Shown one piece after another: positions 8,726-19,424 of a stretch of DNA of 64,000 nt; within the stretch, counting starts at the first letter, position 1; each line of letters starts with the position of its first letter. The notes beneath the pieces were generated by a model. It was given only the letters and a program-made list of their open reading frames with translations, searched no databases and had not been told where the DNA came from. The position numbers and the translations under genes were made by a program. The DNA is from an uncultured Gemmatimonadota bacterium (GTDB lineage: Bacteria > SM23-81 > DAOVCL01), in the NCBI GenBank assembly GCA_964626665.1, contig CAZVGK010000001.1, forward strand, positions 141,914 to 205,913, written 5' to 3'.

Positions 8726-9730
8726 ATGCCGGGTATCTTATCCCAGGAGGAGATAGACCAATTAGTTTCATCGGTGTCTGAGGGCAAAGGTCAGGGGAGA
8801 AGGCCCCCTGGCGCTGAAAAGGAGGCGATCCCCTATGACTTCCGCCAGCAGAACATAATTCCTAAGGGGTCTTTGCACGCCTTCCAGATAGTCCACAGCG
8901 ATTTTGCCAAATCCTTGAGTGGCTTTCTCCTGAGGAGCGTAAAGACCGAACTAATCGTGAACTTGGCCACTGTCAACACCATTCCCTTAGGGGAGTTTAT
9001 AAAATCGCGGGAGAATCCCACTTATCTAAATTTAGTAAGGCTGAAACCCTTTGAGGGCAACCTGATTATAGATTCCTCTCCTAACTTGGTCTTCCTTCTT
9101 GTTGACCTCCTCTTCGGGGGGACGGGCAGTCCTCCTTCTACAAACGGGTTAATTACCCATATGGAAAGGAAGTTCATGCGGAAACTGATGGAAGGTATGC
9201 TCGAGGAGTTCAAAACCACCTGGGAGAAGATAACCCTCTTTCATCCTAAGATCGAAGAGGAGGAAACCGACCCCTCAATTGTGGGCTCACCATCTAACCT
9301 GGAGAACGCAATGATGGTCATCTACGAATTGAGCCTGGAAAAGGGATCAGAAACCCACCACCTCCTGAGTTTTTGTTATAGCGCTAAACTCCTCAAATCC
9401 CTGGTGGCCGTTCTGGGCCAGAAGAGAGGGGGAGAGGAGAGGGAAGTCCCTCCGCAAGAGCGGGATCAATCGGGGAAATTGAGGAAGAGCTTGGGTCAAG
9501 TGGAGGTCCCGGTGGAGGCAAAGTTGGGTGAGGCCCACCTGACCATTAGGGATATGATTGACCTGCAGGCAGGGGACATCATCAGGCTGAGCAACTATGT
9601 GGGTGGAGATCTAACGGTTGAGGTGAAGGGAAAGCCAAAGTTTCTTGCCCGTCCTGGGGCTTACCGGGGCAAGGCGGCCGTAGTGGTTACCTCAACCCTG
9701 AAGGAAGGAGTGGTGAAAGATGGCGAGTAA
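8726..9730 (+). CDS. fliM: Flagellar motor switch protein FliM
   Basis: N-terminal CheY-P binding motif (ILSQEEIDQLV), middle FliM domain, C-terminal FliN-like domain. Confidence 0.9.
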   Translation: MPGILSQEEIDQLVSSVSEGKGQGRRPPGAEKEAIPYDFRQQNIIPKGSLHAFQIVHSDFAKSLSGFLLRSVKTELIVNLATVNTIPLGEFIKSRENPTYLNLVRLKPFEGNLIIDSSPNLVFLLVDLLFGGTGSPPSTNGLITHMERKFMRKLMEGMLEEFKTTWEKITLFHPKIEEEETDPSIVGSPSNLENAMMVIYELSLEKGSETHHLLSFCYSAKLLKSLVAVLGQKRGGEEREVPPQERDQSGKLRKSLGQVEVPVEAKLGEAHLTIRDMIDLQAGDIIRLSNYVGGDLTVEVKGKPKFLARPGAYRGKAAVVVTSTLKEGVVKDGE

Positions 9731-10361
9731 AAAAGAGAAAGTGAGCCCACCTCCCCCGGAGGAGAAGCAGAGTAAAGAGGAGAAGGGAATTCCAGAGGTG
9801 GACGAAAATTTAGAGGAAAAGGATAAAAGCCAGAGGGAAGAGAAAACCCCTGAGGTAGCTGAAAATTTAGCGGGAGATCAGGAGGAAACTTCTGCTGGTG
9901 GAGGGGAGCAGGGTGGGGAACCTCTGGGAGAAGAACCAGGAGATGAGAGCAAAGCCTCCGGAGAGCAACCGGATCCTGATGCCAACTTAGAATGGCCAGA
10001 GGAGGATACCTCCTCTGGTGAAGAGTCAGCCCCCCAGGAGGAGGTGGCAGTTCAGGATGTCCAATTTGACCAGATTAAGCCCCAACAATCAAGTGGCCAA
10101 CCCAACAATATAGACATCCTCCTGGATGTTGACCTTCCCATCTCCGTGCAATTAGGAAAGACAACAATGACCATCCAGGAGCTCTTGGAAGTTGGCCCCG
10201 GTTCAGTGATCGAGCTGGACAAAATGGTGGGGAACCCAGTGGAGATCCTGGCTAACAACAAGACCATAGCCCAGGGAGAGGTAGTAGTTGTTGACGAAAA
10301 CTTTGGGGTGAAAATAACCTCCCTGATCAGCGCGGAAGAGAGGATAAAAAGCCTGAGATGA
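9720..10361 (+). CDS. fliN: Flagellar motor switch protein FliN/FliY with acidic N-terminal extension
   Basis: C-terminal SpoA/FliN domain (LDVDLPISVQLGKTTMTIQELLEVGPGSVIELDKMVGNPVEILANNKTIAQGEVVVVDENFGVKI). Confidence 0.85.
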   Translation: MASKKEKVSPPPPEEKQSKEEKGIPEVDENLEEKDKSQREEKTPEVAENLAGDQEETSAGGGEQGGEPLGEEPGDESKASGEQPDPDANLEWPEEDTSSGEESAPQEEVAVQDVQFDQIKPQQSSGQPNNIDILLDVDLPISVQLGKTTMTIQELLEVGPGSVIELDKMVGNPVEILANNKTIAQGEVVVVDENFGVKITSLISAEERIKSLR

Positions 10362-10906
10362 GGTTCCTCTTCCTGATAAGCTCCGTCCTAAATCCTCAGG
10401 GGCCTCCCCTTCCTCTCTCCTATCAGGATCCAACCCCCCTCTCCTCCGTGGGTTTCTGGGGCCTGGCGGGTAAAACCATTGGTTCACTCTTCCTTGTGCT
10501 GGGTTTAATTGTTTTGCTCATCTTTTTCCTCAAAAAACTCCACTTCCACAGCCCCTTCTCCAATGCCCGCTCTGGGATGATGAAGGTTATCTCTCACCAA
10601 ACTCTCCTCCCGAAAAGGGCCCTCTACTTGGTAAAGGTGGCTGATAAGTTCTTGGTTTTAGGGGTAACATCCTCGGAGATAAGTCTGATTACCGAACTGG
10701 AGAATGGGTTGGATGCCGATTTCGGATCTTCCCATCATCCCAGCGAATTTTCCCAACAGTTGGATAGTTTCCTCTCCAAATTCAAGGGTGGGGAGCCATC
10801 CCCGAAGAGGATGATATCCCTTCAATCAGACTTTCAGGGCAATCTAAGGAAGATACAGGAAAGAATAGGGAAACTGGAGAGGTTGGTCAACTCCAATTTG
10901 CAGTAG
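10358..10906 (+). CDS. Probable FliO/FliZ-like flagellar export protein (single-pass membrane protein)
   Basis: Position between fliN and fliP; one hydrophobic helix (IGSLFLVLGLIVLLIFFL); no sharper motif, start codon uncertain. Confidence 0.4.
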   Translation: MRFLFLISSVLNPQGPPLPLSYQDPTPLSSVGFWGLAGKTIGSLFLVLGLIVLLIFFLKKLHFHSPFSNARSGMMKVISHQTLLPKRALYLVKVADKFLVLGVTSSEISLITELENGLDADFGSSHHPSEFSQQLDSFLSKFKGGEPSPKRMISLQSDFQGNLRKIQERIGKLERLVNSNLQ

Positions 10907-10980
10907 CGCGGTGGCCAACCCCTGTTCTGCTGGGATCAGATCGGGGGGCTGACCACTCTGCCATCAAGGAGGTTTAAATC

Positions 10981-11754
10981 TTGAGAGATCAAAATTCATG
11001 GAAGAAGTTTAGATCGATCCTCCTGAGGAGGTTCCTTCCGCTGATCCTCCTGCTGTTTTTTTTCTCACCCCAGGCAAAGGCCTTTTCCTTTCCTCAGCTT
11101 CCGTTAGGGGGAGGGGGGACCCCCCAGAATGTCTCCACTGCCATAGAGATACTTCTCCTCCTCACCGTCATCTCCCTGGCCCCTGCCATCCTGGTCACCT
11201 TGACCTCCTTCACCCGCATTATTGTCGTTTTCTCCCTGTTGAGACGCTCTATGGGAACTATGCAGATGCCCCCCAACCAGGTGATGATCGGCCTGGCCCT
11301 TTTTCTCACCCTATTTGTAATGGCCCCCGTCTTCAATCAGATAAATGATCAGGCACTTAAACCATTTTTAGCCGAGAAGATAAGCCAACAGGAAGCCTAT
11401 GATCGCGGGATCCAGCCGCTGAGAGATTTTATGCTCAACCAAACAAGGGAGAAGGATCTGGCCCTCTTTGCCCATTTCGCTAAAATTGAGAGACCTAAGG
11501 GACCCTCTGACGTCCCTACCTATGTTATCATTCCCGCATTCATCATCAGTGAGCTGAAGACGGCCTTTCAGATGGGGTTTCTTATCTATTTGCCTTTTCT
11601 GATCATCGATATGGTGGTGGCCAGTGTGCTTATGTCAATGGGGATGTTGATGCTCCCCCCGATAATGATCTCCTTACCCTTTAAGATCCTCCTCTTTGTG
11701 ATGGTGGATGGATGGAATTTGGTGGTGAGATCATTGATAATGAGCTTTCACTAA
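10981..11754 (+). CDS. fliP: Flagellar export apparatus protein FliP (TTG start)
   Basis: Signal-peptide-like N-terminus and conserved FliP core ([25 protein letters not shown]); AGGAGG 8 nt upstream of the TTG. Confidence 0.9.
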   Translation: MRDQNSWKKFRSILLRRFLPLILLLFFFSPQAKAFSFPQLPLGGGGTPQNVSTAIEILLLLTVISLAPAILVTLTSFTRIIVVFSLLRRSMGTMQMPPNQVMIGLALFLTLFVMAPVFNQINDQALKPFLAEKISQQEAYDRGIQPLRDFMLNQTREKDLALFAHFAKIERPKGPSDVPTYVIIPAFIISELKTAFQMGFLIYLPFLIIDMVVASVLMSMGMLMLPPIMISLPFKILLFVMVDGWNLVVRSLIMSFH

Positions 11755-11765
11755 AAGGATAAGGG

Positions 11766-12035
11766 ATGAGCCCAGAGACCTTTCTCTCCCTCTTTCGGGA
11801 GACCTTAATCACCACTCTTCTGGTGTCTGCACCTATGCTCCTTTCCGGGCTTTTGGTCGGGCTTTTAGTCAGCATATTTCAGGCGGTAACCTCAATTCAC
11901 GAGATGACCCTGACCTTTATCCCCAAGATCCTGGCGGTGGCCCTAGCCTTGCTCATTTTTCTTCCCTGGATGATAGCCAAACTGTTAGATTTTGCCTCTC
12001 ATCTCTTCATTAACCTCCTTTCCTATATCGGCTAA
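11766..12035 (+). CDS. fliQ: Flagellar export apparatus protein FliQ
   Basis: 89 aa, two TM helices, between fliP and fliR. Confidence 0.85.
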   Translation: MSPETFLSLFRETLITTLLVSAPMLLSGLLVGLLVSIFQAVTSIHEMTLTFIPKILAVALALLIFLPWMIAKLLDFASHLFINLLSYIG

Positions 12036-12037
12036 AT

Positions 12038-12817
12038 ATGAACCTCTCCTCCTTGGATCACCGTTCCCTTCTGGCCTTTAGCCTACTCTTTATTAGGGTG
12101 CTAGGGTTGATATTTGCGGCCCCCTTCTTTGGCAACACGGCCATCCCCAAGAGAACGAAGGTGGGGCTCTCTCTGGTCTTGGCCGGTCTCCTCCTCCCTT
12201 TTATTCCCTTTCCACCACCGGTCCCGGATGGTCCACTGCCCATAGCCCTTGCTGTAATTAAGGAACTTCTTATTGGCGTTATTTTGGGGTTTTCCGTCTT
12301 TCTGCTCTTTGAAGCCGTAGTCTTCTTCGGCCAGGTGGTTAGCTACCAGATGGGGTTTGCTATCGTCTCCTCCATTGATCCGGAATCCCAGCAAAGGGTC
12401 CCTATCATCGGAAAGTTTGAATACCTTTTGGTCTTTCTGGTCTTCCTAGCGGTGAACGGACACCACCTCCTCCTCTCCGGCCTCTACTCCAGCCTGCGGG
12501 TTATCCCCCTGGGGGAGGCATCCCTAAACTCCTCCCTCCTCCCCTTTATGATCGGTTCTACCAAAGGGGTATTTGCCATAGCCCTCAAGTTGGGGGCTCC
12601 TGTTATAGCTGCCCTTCTCTTCAGTGATTTAATAATGGGCCTGATGGCCAGGGCTATCCCTCAAATGAATGTTTTTATCATCGGTTATCCCATCAGGATC
12701 GGGGTTGGTTTTCTGGCCCTGGCCTTTGGCATCCCCCTTCTGGTGGGCAACCTGCATCAGCTTTTTCGGGGTTTGGGGGGGGAGATCGCTACCCTGCTCA
12801 GGATTTTAGCCCCCTGA
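12038..12817 (+). CDS. fliR: Flagellar export apparatus protein FliR
   Basis: 259 aa polytopic membrane protein immediately after fliQ. Confidence 0.85.
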   Translation: MNLSSLDHRSLLAFSLLFIRVLGLIFAAPFFGNTAIPKRTKVGLSLVLAGLLLPFIPFPPPVPDGPLPIALAVIKELLIGVILGFSVFLLFEAVVFFGQVVSYQMGFAIVSSIDPESQQRVPIIGKFEYLLVFLVFLAVNGHHLLLSGLYSSLRVIPLGEASLNSSLLPFMIGSTKGVFAIALKLGAPVIAALLFSDLIMGLMARAIPQMNVFIIGYPIRIGVGFLALAFGIPLLVGNLHQLFRGLGGEIATLLRILAP

Positions 12818-12825
12818 GTAGAGGC

Positions 12826-12920
12826 TTATACAATTATCAATTAGCAAGTTAAAATGAAATGAAGACCGAAGTGTCACTTTCCATTGATAATTGATAATTG
12901 ATCATGACCATTTCTTAGCG
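12826..12920. repeat. MITE-like intergenic repeat in the fliR-flhB spacer
   Basis: caattatcaattagcaagttaaaatgaa...gtgtcactttccattgataattgataattg...accatttcttagcggtgg; terminal inverted repeats caattatcaatt / aattgataattg. Confidence 0.7.
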
Positions 12921-12945
12921 GTGGACTTGAGCGCAAAGGAGAAAT

Positions 12946-14016
12946 ATGACCGAGGACTCCTTTCAGGAAAAGACTGAGAAGGCAACCCCCCGTCGGAGAC
13001 AAAAGGCCCGGGAAAGGGGGAATGTAGCTAAGAGCACCGAGTTGAACTCTGCCCTCATCCTCTTGGCCAGTCTTGCTGCTCTGGGATTTTTGGCCGCTGG
13101 TATGAGCAGAAGATTGATGGCTCTCTCTCGCTTCTTCCTCTCCCAGGGTTTTGCTATACAACTCAACCAGGTCAATCTCTATTCCTACTTTTGCTTTGTT
13201 CTCAAGGCAATTTTTACCTTATTTGCTCCCTTTCTCTTGGTGGTCGCCATCGCCGGGGTAGCTTCTAACCTGGCTCAGGTTGGTTTTCTCTTTACCCTGG
13301 AGCCCCTGAAACCAAAGCTAAGTACCCTCAATCCGCTGTCCGGGTTCAAGAGGCTTTTCTCCCTTAAGGGGCTCTTTGAACTACCCAAGGCGGTCTTCAA
13401 GCTAATTATTATCGGAATAATCAGTTATCTCACCATTAAGGGTAAGCTAACTCAATTCTTTCTCCTCTCTCAAATGGGATTAAATGCGATGTTAAAGGTT
13501 ATTGGGAAGGTTGCTTTACTCTTGGGGGTGAGGGTCTCCCTGGCGTTTCTCGTCCTGGCGGCAATTGACTATGCCTTTCAAAAGTGGGACTATGAAAAAA
13601 AGCTAAGGATGACCAAAGATGAGGTGAAAGAGGAGAGAAAGCAGTATGAGGGTGATCCATTGATCAAGGGAAGGATAAGGAGCGTGCAGAGGGAACTGGC
13701 TCGGAGGAGGATGATGAAGGAGATTCCCAAGGCCGATGTGATCATCACTAACCCTACTACCTTGGCGGTGGCCCTCAGGTATGATCCCGAAAAGATGTCT
13801 GCTCCTCAGGTGGTGGCCAAGGGGGCGAGGCTCCTGGCCCAGAAGATTATGGAATTGGCCAGGAAACATAATGTCCCCATAGTAGAGAACAGGAGGTTGG
13901 CCAGGCTGCTCTACAGAAAGGTCAAGGTTGGAGAGGAGGTACCTGTCGCCCTCTATCAGGCAGTGGCTGAGGTTCTTTCCTACATTTATAAGTTGAAGAA
14001 TAAGGTGATAGGCTAA
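12946..14016 (+). CDS. flhB: Flagellar export switch protein FlhB
   Basis: N-terminal MTEDSFQEKTEKATPRRRQKARERGNVAKS; autocleavage-type NPTT motif; GGAG RBS. Confidence 0.9.
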   Translation: MTEDSFQEKTEKATPRRRQKARERGNVAKSTELNSALILLASLAALGFLAAGMSRRLMALSRFFLSQGFAIQLNQVNLYSYFCFVLKAIFTLFAPFLLVVAIAGVASNLAQVGFLFTLEPLKPKLSTLNPLSGFKRLFSLKGLFELPKAVFKLIIIGIISYLTIKGKLTQFFLLSQMGLNAMLKVIGKVALLLGVRVSLAFLVLAAIDYAFQKWDYEKKLRMTKDEVKEERKQYEGDPLIKGRIRSVQRELARRRMMKEIPKADVIITNPTTLAVALRYDPEKMSAPQVVAKGARLLAQKIMELARKHNVPIVENRRLARLLYRKVKVGEEVPVALYQAVAEVLSYIYKLKNKVIG

Positions 14017-14163
14017 TAAAGCTTCGAATCTGTACAGATGGGGCTGCACGCTCTTTGTGGATGTTATCATCCACAAAGAGACTCCTTGCAAGCCCATGGT
14101 TACCAGAATGAAATATCGTCTCAAAGTTTAGTCACCTTAGCGAAGATAAGGCAACAGAAACCA

Positions 14164-16245
14164 ATGAGTAAACACCTTCCAGAAAATAGTTTTGTCTCCC
14201 AGCTAGCCAAGAGGGGAGATACCATTGCAGCCATTGGGGTGATTGTGGTTATTACCCTGATTGTCATCCCTTTACCCCCTCACCTGTTGGATGTTCTCCT
14301 CACCTTCAACATCGCCTTCTCCTTGATCATCATCCTGGTTTCTATGTATACCCTAAAGCCCCTTGACTTCTCCGTATTCCCCTCCCTTTTGTTGGTGGTC
14401 ACCCTCTTTCGGTTGGGCCTCAATGTATCTACCACCAGGCTTATCCTGTTGAAGGCCTATGCCGGAGATGTGATATTGGCCTTTGGCAATTTTGTGGTGG
14501 GGGGGAATTATGTGGTGGGGATAGTTATCTTCCTGGTGATAGTGGTTATTCAGTTTGTTGTTATTACCAAAGGAGCCACCAGGATAGCAGAGGTGGCGGC
14601 CAGGTTTACTTTGGATGCTATGCCGGGAAAGCAGATGGCCATTGATGCTGACCTCAATGCCGGCCTGATCGATGATGAAGAGGCCAGGAAGAGAAGGATG
14701 GAGATAGCCAGGGAGGCCAATTTCTATGGGGCAATGGATGGGGCATCTAAGTTCGTCAGGGGGGACGCAATTGCTGGCATCATCATCACTACGATCAATA
14801 TACTTGGCGGCCTGGTTATTGGAGTGCTCCAGAGGGGGATGCCCCTACCCACTGCCCTGCATACTTATACCTTGCTCACCGTTGGTGATGGGCTGGTGGC
14901 CCAGATCCCGGCCCTGGTTGTCTCCACTGCGGCGGGTATAATCGTCACCCGAGCTGCTGCTGAGGCGGATATGGGGGCCGATATAGTCAAACAATTGTTA
15001 GTGCAGCCAAAGCCCATTGCCCTGGTGGCCATCACCCTTCTTTTTGTGGGGTTGGTCCCTGGTTTGCCCATGGTCCCGTTCTTCATCCTTTCCGCAGCAG
15101 CGGGGGGCATTGCCTACTTCTCCCGCCAGGCGCAGAGAAGGTCGGAGGAGTTGCCCCCTCCAGAGGCTGACCTCCAACCACCCAAGGGGGGGATCGAGGA
15201 TATCAAACAGCTACTCCACATAGACCCTATGGAACTGGAGATAGGTTATGGGCTAATCCCCTTAGTGGACAAGGAACAGGGTGGTGATCTTCTCGATCGG
15301 GTCTCTATGATTCGCCGCCGCTCCGCCCTGGAATTGGGAATTATCGTTCCTCCCATTAGGATAAGGGATAATGTGGCCCTGGAGCCTGACTCCTATCTAA
15401 TTAAGATTAAGGGGACGGAGGTAACCAAAGGGAAGCTAAGGGGGGGGGCTCTCTTAGCTATGAACCCTGGCCTGGCTAAAGGTGAGATAGAGGGCACGCC
15501 CACATCTGAGCCGGTTTTTGGCCTTCCCGCCTACTGGATCGAGCCTTCCCAGAAGGGGAAGGCGGAGAGGATGGGCTACACCGTTGTTGAGCCTCCGGCG
15601 GTAGTGGCTACCCACCTATCCGAGGTGATCAGATCCCATGCCGATGAGCTGCTTGGTAGGCAGGATGTGCAGAACCTGGTAGATGGGATAAAGGAGAGCC
15701 ATCCGGCCGTGGTGGAGGAGCTTATCCCTAAGGTGATGGGAATAGGAGGGGTGCAGAAGGTCCTCCAGAGGTTGTTAAAGGAGCGAATAAGCATTAGGGA
15801 CCTGGTGACTATATTGGAGACTCTGGCAGATTATGGGCCCATGGTCAGGGATATAGACCAACTGACCGAATATGTAAGGCAATCCCTTTCCCGTTCCATC
15901 TGCAAACAGTTCTCCGATGAGCAGGGGGAGATAAAGTGTCTTACCCTGGATCCTAAGTTGGAGCAGATTCTCTCTGATTCCATTAAAAGGTCGGAGACAG
16001 GGGCAACCCTGGCCTTGGAGCCGGGAATCGTCCGTAAGCTCTTCGATAGCATATCCGCTAAGCTGGAGAAGTTTGCCCCGATCAATCAGCAGCCTGTAAT
16101 CCTCTGCCCGGCAAGCATAAGGGTCCACCTCCGCAGACTAATGGAAGGAATCCTGCCCAATTTGGTTGTTCTCTCCTATAAGGAGATTGCCCCTTCCATA
16201 AAGGTAAACTCCATAGGGATGATAGGACTGGAAGATGAGAGTTAA
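14164..16245 (+). CDS. flhA: Flagellar export apparatus protein FlhA
   Basis: FHIPEP family membrane domain and cytoplasmic domain; start placed at the internal ATG (MSKHLPENSF...), the 14038 start in the ORF track looks like an upstream over-extension. Confidence 0.9.
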   Translation: MSKHLPENSFVSQLAKRGDTIAAIGVIVVITLIVIPLPPHLLDVLLTFNIAFSLIIILVSMYTLKPLDFSVFPSLLLVVTLFRLGLNVSTTRLILLKAYAGDVILAFGNFVVGGNYVVGIVIFLVIVVIQFVVITKGATRIAEVAARFTLDAMPGKQMAIDADLNAGLIDDEEARKRRMEIAREANFYGAMDGASKFVRGDAIAGIIITTINILGGLVIGVLQRGMPLPTALHTYTLLTVGDGLVAQIPALVVSTAAGIIVTRAAAEADMGADIVKQLLVQPKPIALVAITLLFVGLVPGLPMVPFFILSAAAGGIAYFSRQAQRRSEELPPPEADLQPPKGGIEDIKQLLHIDPMELEIGYGLIPLVDKEQGGDLLDRVSMIRRRSALELGIIVPPIRIRDNVALEPDSYLIKIKGTEVTKGKLRGGALLAMNPGLAKGEIEGTPTSEPVFGLPAYWIEPSQKGKAERMGYTVVEPPAVVATHLSEVIRSHADELLGRQDVQNLVDGIKESHPAVVEELIPKVMGIGGVQKVLQRLLKERISIRDLVTILETLADYGPMVRDIDQLTEYVRQSLSRSICKQFSDEQGEIKCLTLDPKLEQILSDSIKRSETGATLALEPGIVRKLFDSISAKLEKFAPINQQPVILCPASIRVHLRRLMEGILPNLVVLSYKEIAPSIKVNSIGMIGLEDES

Positions 16246-17275
16246 GGTGTTTTCCGCCCCCTCAGTGAGGGAAGCGCTGAACAGGATAAAGGACGAACTT
16301 GGCTCCCAAGCGGTTATCCTGAAAACAGAGCAAGTGAAGGGGAAAGTAGAGATAACTGCAGCCACTGATGTCGATTATCCACCCCTACAGAGGCAAAGGG
16401 GTAGGGTAGAGGGGATATACGATGTCTTAGATGAGCTCAGGGAGAAGGTTGACGTCATCTCCCAGACCTTGGTTTCCTCCCCTTTTCTCCCTCGCTCTCC
16501 CCTTTCCCAGCTCTGGTTTGTGCTCTTGGGGCGAAGGATAGGGGAGGAGACTTCCCTCCAACTAATCAAAAACCTGAAGAAAGACCTCTTTTCCGGGGGA
16601 GATGAGGAGGTGTTGTGGGATGAGCTCATCTCCCAACTGAGTTTGTTCCTCCCCTCGGAGGAGATTGGGGAAAGGCCAAAGGGGCCAGCCGTCGTCGCCC
16701 TCGTTGGACCCACCGGAGTAGGGAAGACCACAACTATCTCTAAATTAGCAGTTAACTTCTCAACTCTGCAGAGGAAGAAGGTTGCCCTTATCAGCATAGA
16801 CAACTTCCGCCCGGCAGCAGGGGAGGAATTAGCCGAGATTGCTCAGAGCTTGGGAATCCCCTTGGAGCTGGCCAAGACTCCAGGGAGTATGGGAAAACTG
16901 CTGAGGGGTTTTCGGGATAGGGATTTCGTCTTTGTAGATACCGCAGGCCATAGCTATCTGGATACCCAGCAGATTTCAGAGTTGAAATCCTTTCTCCAGC
17001 GGCTGCCCTTGCCAGAGATCCATCTCGTCCTTTCCTCTGCGACTAAGCCGGAGGACAACCTTGAGGCCTGGAGGAGATTTCACCCTATACCCATCCACAA
17101 GCTCCTCTTTACCAAGCTTGATGAGACCACCTCCCCAGGGGGGATAATGGAGACCATTTTTAAGGCAAAGAGGCCGGTCTCCTACCTGACCAATGGACAG
17201 AGGATACCAGAGGATTTATGGGAAGCAGAAAGCAGAACGTTAGCCGAGATAGTTATGGGAGAGAGGACCTTATGA
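16235..17275 (+). CDS. flhF: Flagellar biosynthesis GTPase FlhF (SRP-type)
   Basis: GTPase motifs ALVGPTGVGKTTT, DTAGHS, TKLDET. Confidence 0.85.
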   Translation: MRVKVFSAPSVREALNRIKDELGSQAVILKTEQVKGKVEITAATDVDYPPLQRQRGRVEGIYDVLDELREKVDVISQTLVSSPFLPRSPLSQLWFVLLGRRIGEETSLQLIKNLKKDLFSGGDEEVLWDELISQLSLFLPSEEIGERPKGPAVVALVGPTGVGKTTTISKLAVNFSTLQRKKVALISIDNFRPAAGEELAEIAQSLGIPLELAKTPGSMGKLLRGFRDRDFVFVDTAGHSYLDTQQISELKSFLQRLPLPEIHLVLSSATKPEDNLEAWRRFHPIPIHKLLFTKLDETTSPGGIMETIFKAKRPVSYLTNGQRIPEDLWEAESRTLAEIVMGERTL

Positions 17276-18033
17276 GAAAAATCCCTTATATGATAAGCTT
17301 TCCCAGTGGAAAAGGGGGGGTGGGGAAAACCAATTTGGTGGCCAGTTTAGCAGTAGCCCTCTCCCAAAAGGGGAAGAGGGTAATGATCTTGGATGGGGAT
17401 TTGGGTTTGGCCAATGTGGACCTCCTCTTTGGGGTGAATCCATCTTTTACTCTCCAACATGTTCTCTTGGGGAGAAAGGATTTGCCGGAAATTATTGTAG
17501 ATGGTCCCCAGGGGGTGCAGATCATTCCAGCCAGTTCGGGGGTGGATGACCTCCTTAGACTGGAGGAAAGGGAGATGAAGAGGTTGATCAAGGAGTTCCG
17601 GCTCTTAGGTCAGAGCACAGATTTTCTCCTCATAGACACCCCCCCCGGCCTGAGTCCCAATGTGCTGAATTTTGTTTTGGCCTCTGATCTGGCCATAGTC
17701 ATTACCACCCCGGAGGTTACATCCATAACGGACGCCTATGCTACCATAAAGGTCATCTCCCTGCGACAGCCCACCCCGCAACTGCCCTTAGTAGTTAATA
17801 TGGTCGGGGGAAAGAGGGAGGCATCCGAGGTGGTAGAGAGGATTGGACTGGTGGCTGCCAGGTTCCTTAAGGTTCAGGTAGAGAATTTGGGGTTTATCCC
17901 CTCTGATCAATCGGTCCCCCGATCAGTGGCTAAGCAATTGCCATTTTACCTGGCTTTCCCGCATTCTCCCGCCTCCCAGGGGGTTGCCACCCTGGCCCAG
18001 AGGTTGATAAAGCGGGAACCCTTTGGTGAATGA
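17272..18033 (+). CDS. flhG: Flagellar number regulator FlhG/FleN (MinD-type ATPase)
   Basis: Deviant Walker A SGKGGVGKT; start chosen at the ATG overlapping the flhF stop (ATGA); the ORF track start at 17218 is the alternative. Confidence 0.8.
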   Translation: MRKIPYMISFPSGKGGVGKTNLVASLAVALSQKGKRVMILDGDLGLANVDLLFGVNPSFTLQHVLLGRKDLPEIIVDGPQGVQIIPASSGVDDLLRLEEREMKRLIKEFRLLGQSTDFLLIDTPPGLSPNVLNFVLASDLAIVITTPEVTSITDAYATIKVISLRQPTPQLPLVVNMVGGKREASEVVERIGLVAARFLKVQVENLGFIPSDQSVPRSVAKQLPFYLAFPHSPASQGVATLAQRLIKREPFGE

Positions 18034-18263
18034 ACCAGATAATCAACAGATTGGCCAAAGCCGTTGCCTTCTCCTTGGCTGCGGTTACCGTCATCTGCGG
18101 CCTTATCTTTGATGTTGGGATAGTAAGGATATTGGTGCGCACCTTAGCAGTTTATCTCTTCTTTTTCTATGAAATCAGATTTTTGGGGAGGATAATAGGG
18201 AGGATGATAGTCTCCGCGCTGGCCGAAGGGGAGACAACCCCAGAGGAGGAGGTGCAGAGCTAA
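18030..18263 (+). CDS. Hypothetical small membrane protein (77 aa) between flhG and fliA
   Basis: ORF only; two hydrophobic segments; translationally coupled position. Confidence 0.3.
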   Translation: MNQIINRLAKAVAFSLAAVTVICGLIFDVGIVRILVRTLAVYLFFFYEIRFLGRIIGRMIVSALAEGETTPEEEVQS

Positions 18264-18269
18264 TAGAAG

Positions 18270-18998
18270 ATGGATAACTCTCAAAGGGAAAAGTTACTCT
18301 TGAAGTATGCCCATCTGGTTAAGTATGTGGTAAACCGGATGTTGATTAGTATCCCTCCCTGTTTGGAGAAGGATGATCTGATCAGTGCCGGAACGATTGG
18401 TCTGTTGGAAGCAATTGAGAAGTATGACTCGGGGAAGGGGATAAACTTCGAGACCTATGCCATTTACCGCATCCGAGGGGCGATATTGGATGAGCTGAGG
18501 TCTGTTAACTGGGCACCCAGAACAGTTCAGGAGAAGGCACGGGAACTGGAGAGGGCCTATCGCCATTTGGAGCAGAGGTGGGGAAGGATGGCCACAGATG
18601 AGGAGATAACCCAGGAGTTAGGGATAACCCAGGAAGAACTTTATCGCAGGTTGGATGAGGCCCGGGGGATATCTACCCTCTCTCTGGAGCAATTTCAGTA
18701 CTCCCCTAATGGAGGAGGACAAGTAACCCTCTTAGATAGTTTGAGCAGCAGCTCCCCCTCTCCTCTGGCGGATACGGAAAGGGTGGAATTGAGGGAGGCC
18801 CTGGCCAATGTCCTCGCCACATTGCCCGAAAAGGAGAGGATGGTGATGACCCTTTACTACTATGAGGAGTTAACCCTCAAGGAGATTGGGGATGTGCTTC
18901 ACCTATCCGAGTCAAGGGTTTGTCAAATCCATACTAAGGTGATCATCAAACTGCGCGTAAGGTTGAGAAAGGTTTTAGAACCAGCAGGGGCCTCTTGA
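18270..18998 (+). CDS. fliA: Flagellar sigma factor FliA (sigma-28)
   Basis: Sigma-70 family regions 2-4; region 4 HTH (LTLKEIGDVLHLSESRVCQIHTKVIIKLR); downstream of flhFG. Confidence 0.85.
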   Translation: MDNSQREKLLLKYAHLVKYVVNRMLISIPPCLEKDDLISAGTIGLLEAIEKYDSGKGINFETYAIYRIRGAILDELRSVNWAPRTVQEKARELERAYRHLEQRWGRMATDEEITQELGITQEELYRRLDEARGISTLSLEQFQYSPNGGGQVTLLDSLSSSSPSPLADTERVELREALANVLATLPEKERMVMTLYYYEELTLKEIGDVLHLSESRVCQIHTKVIIKLRVRLRKVLEPAGAS

Positions 18999-19093
18999 GA
19001 GGTGGGAAGCTGCAAATTTTAAAGTGTAAGAGCAAAAATTACCTTTGTTTCCATCCCCATTAAAGCAACATCTTTCCTTTTACTTTGCCTTTT

Positions 19094-19165
19094 TCAATTC
19101 TCAATCTCTGGCTGCAAAACTTGACACAAATTTTAAGAAGTTGCCTTATGAAACCAGCTAAAGCT
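19094..19165. repeat. Intergenic repeat downstream of fliA, related to 62758-62815
   Basis: caatctctggctgcaaaac...ttatgaaaccagcta. Confidence 0.5.
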
Positions 19166-19175
19166 TAGAAGAGAG

Positions 19176-19424
19176 ATGGCTGAATCGATAGATTTTCCTA
19201 AAGACCTTCCGGAACCGGGAAATATCAACCGGGTCCAGGGGGTAGGACACCGCCCCAACGAATCGGAGAAGAGGAAATTTGCTCAGCTCTTAGAGAAGGA
19301 TGAGGAGAAGAAAAAGAAAAAGAAGGAGCACCTTCCCCCTGCGCCGCAGGGCGAGAAGGGTGAACCCCCTAAAAAGGGTTCTTCAGCAAATGGGCGGGGG
19401 AAATTCATCGATGTGACCGTTTGA
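19176..19424 (+). CDS. Hypothetical Lys/Glu-rich protein (82 aa)
   Basis: ORF only; low-complexity charged sequence; follows fliA. Confidence 0.3.
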   Translation: MAESIDFPKDLPEPGNINRVQGVGHRPNESEKRKFAQLLEKDEEKKKKKKEHLPPAPQGEKGEPPKKGSSANGRGKFIDVTV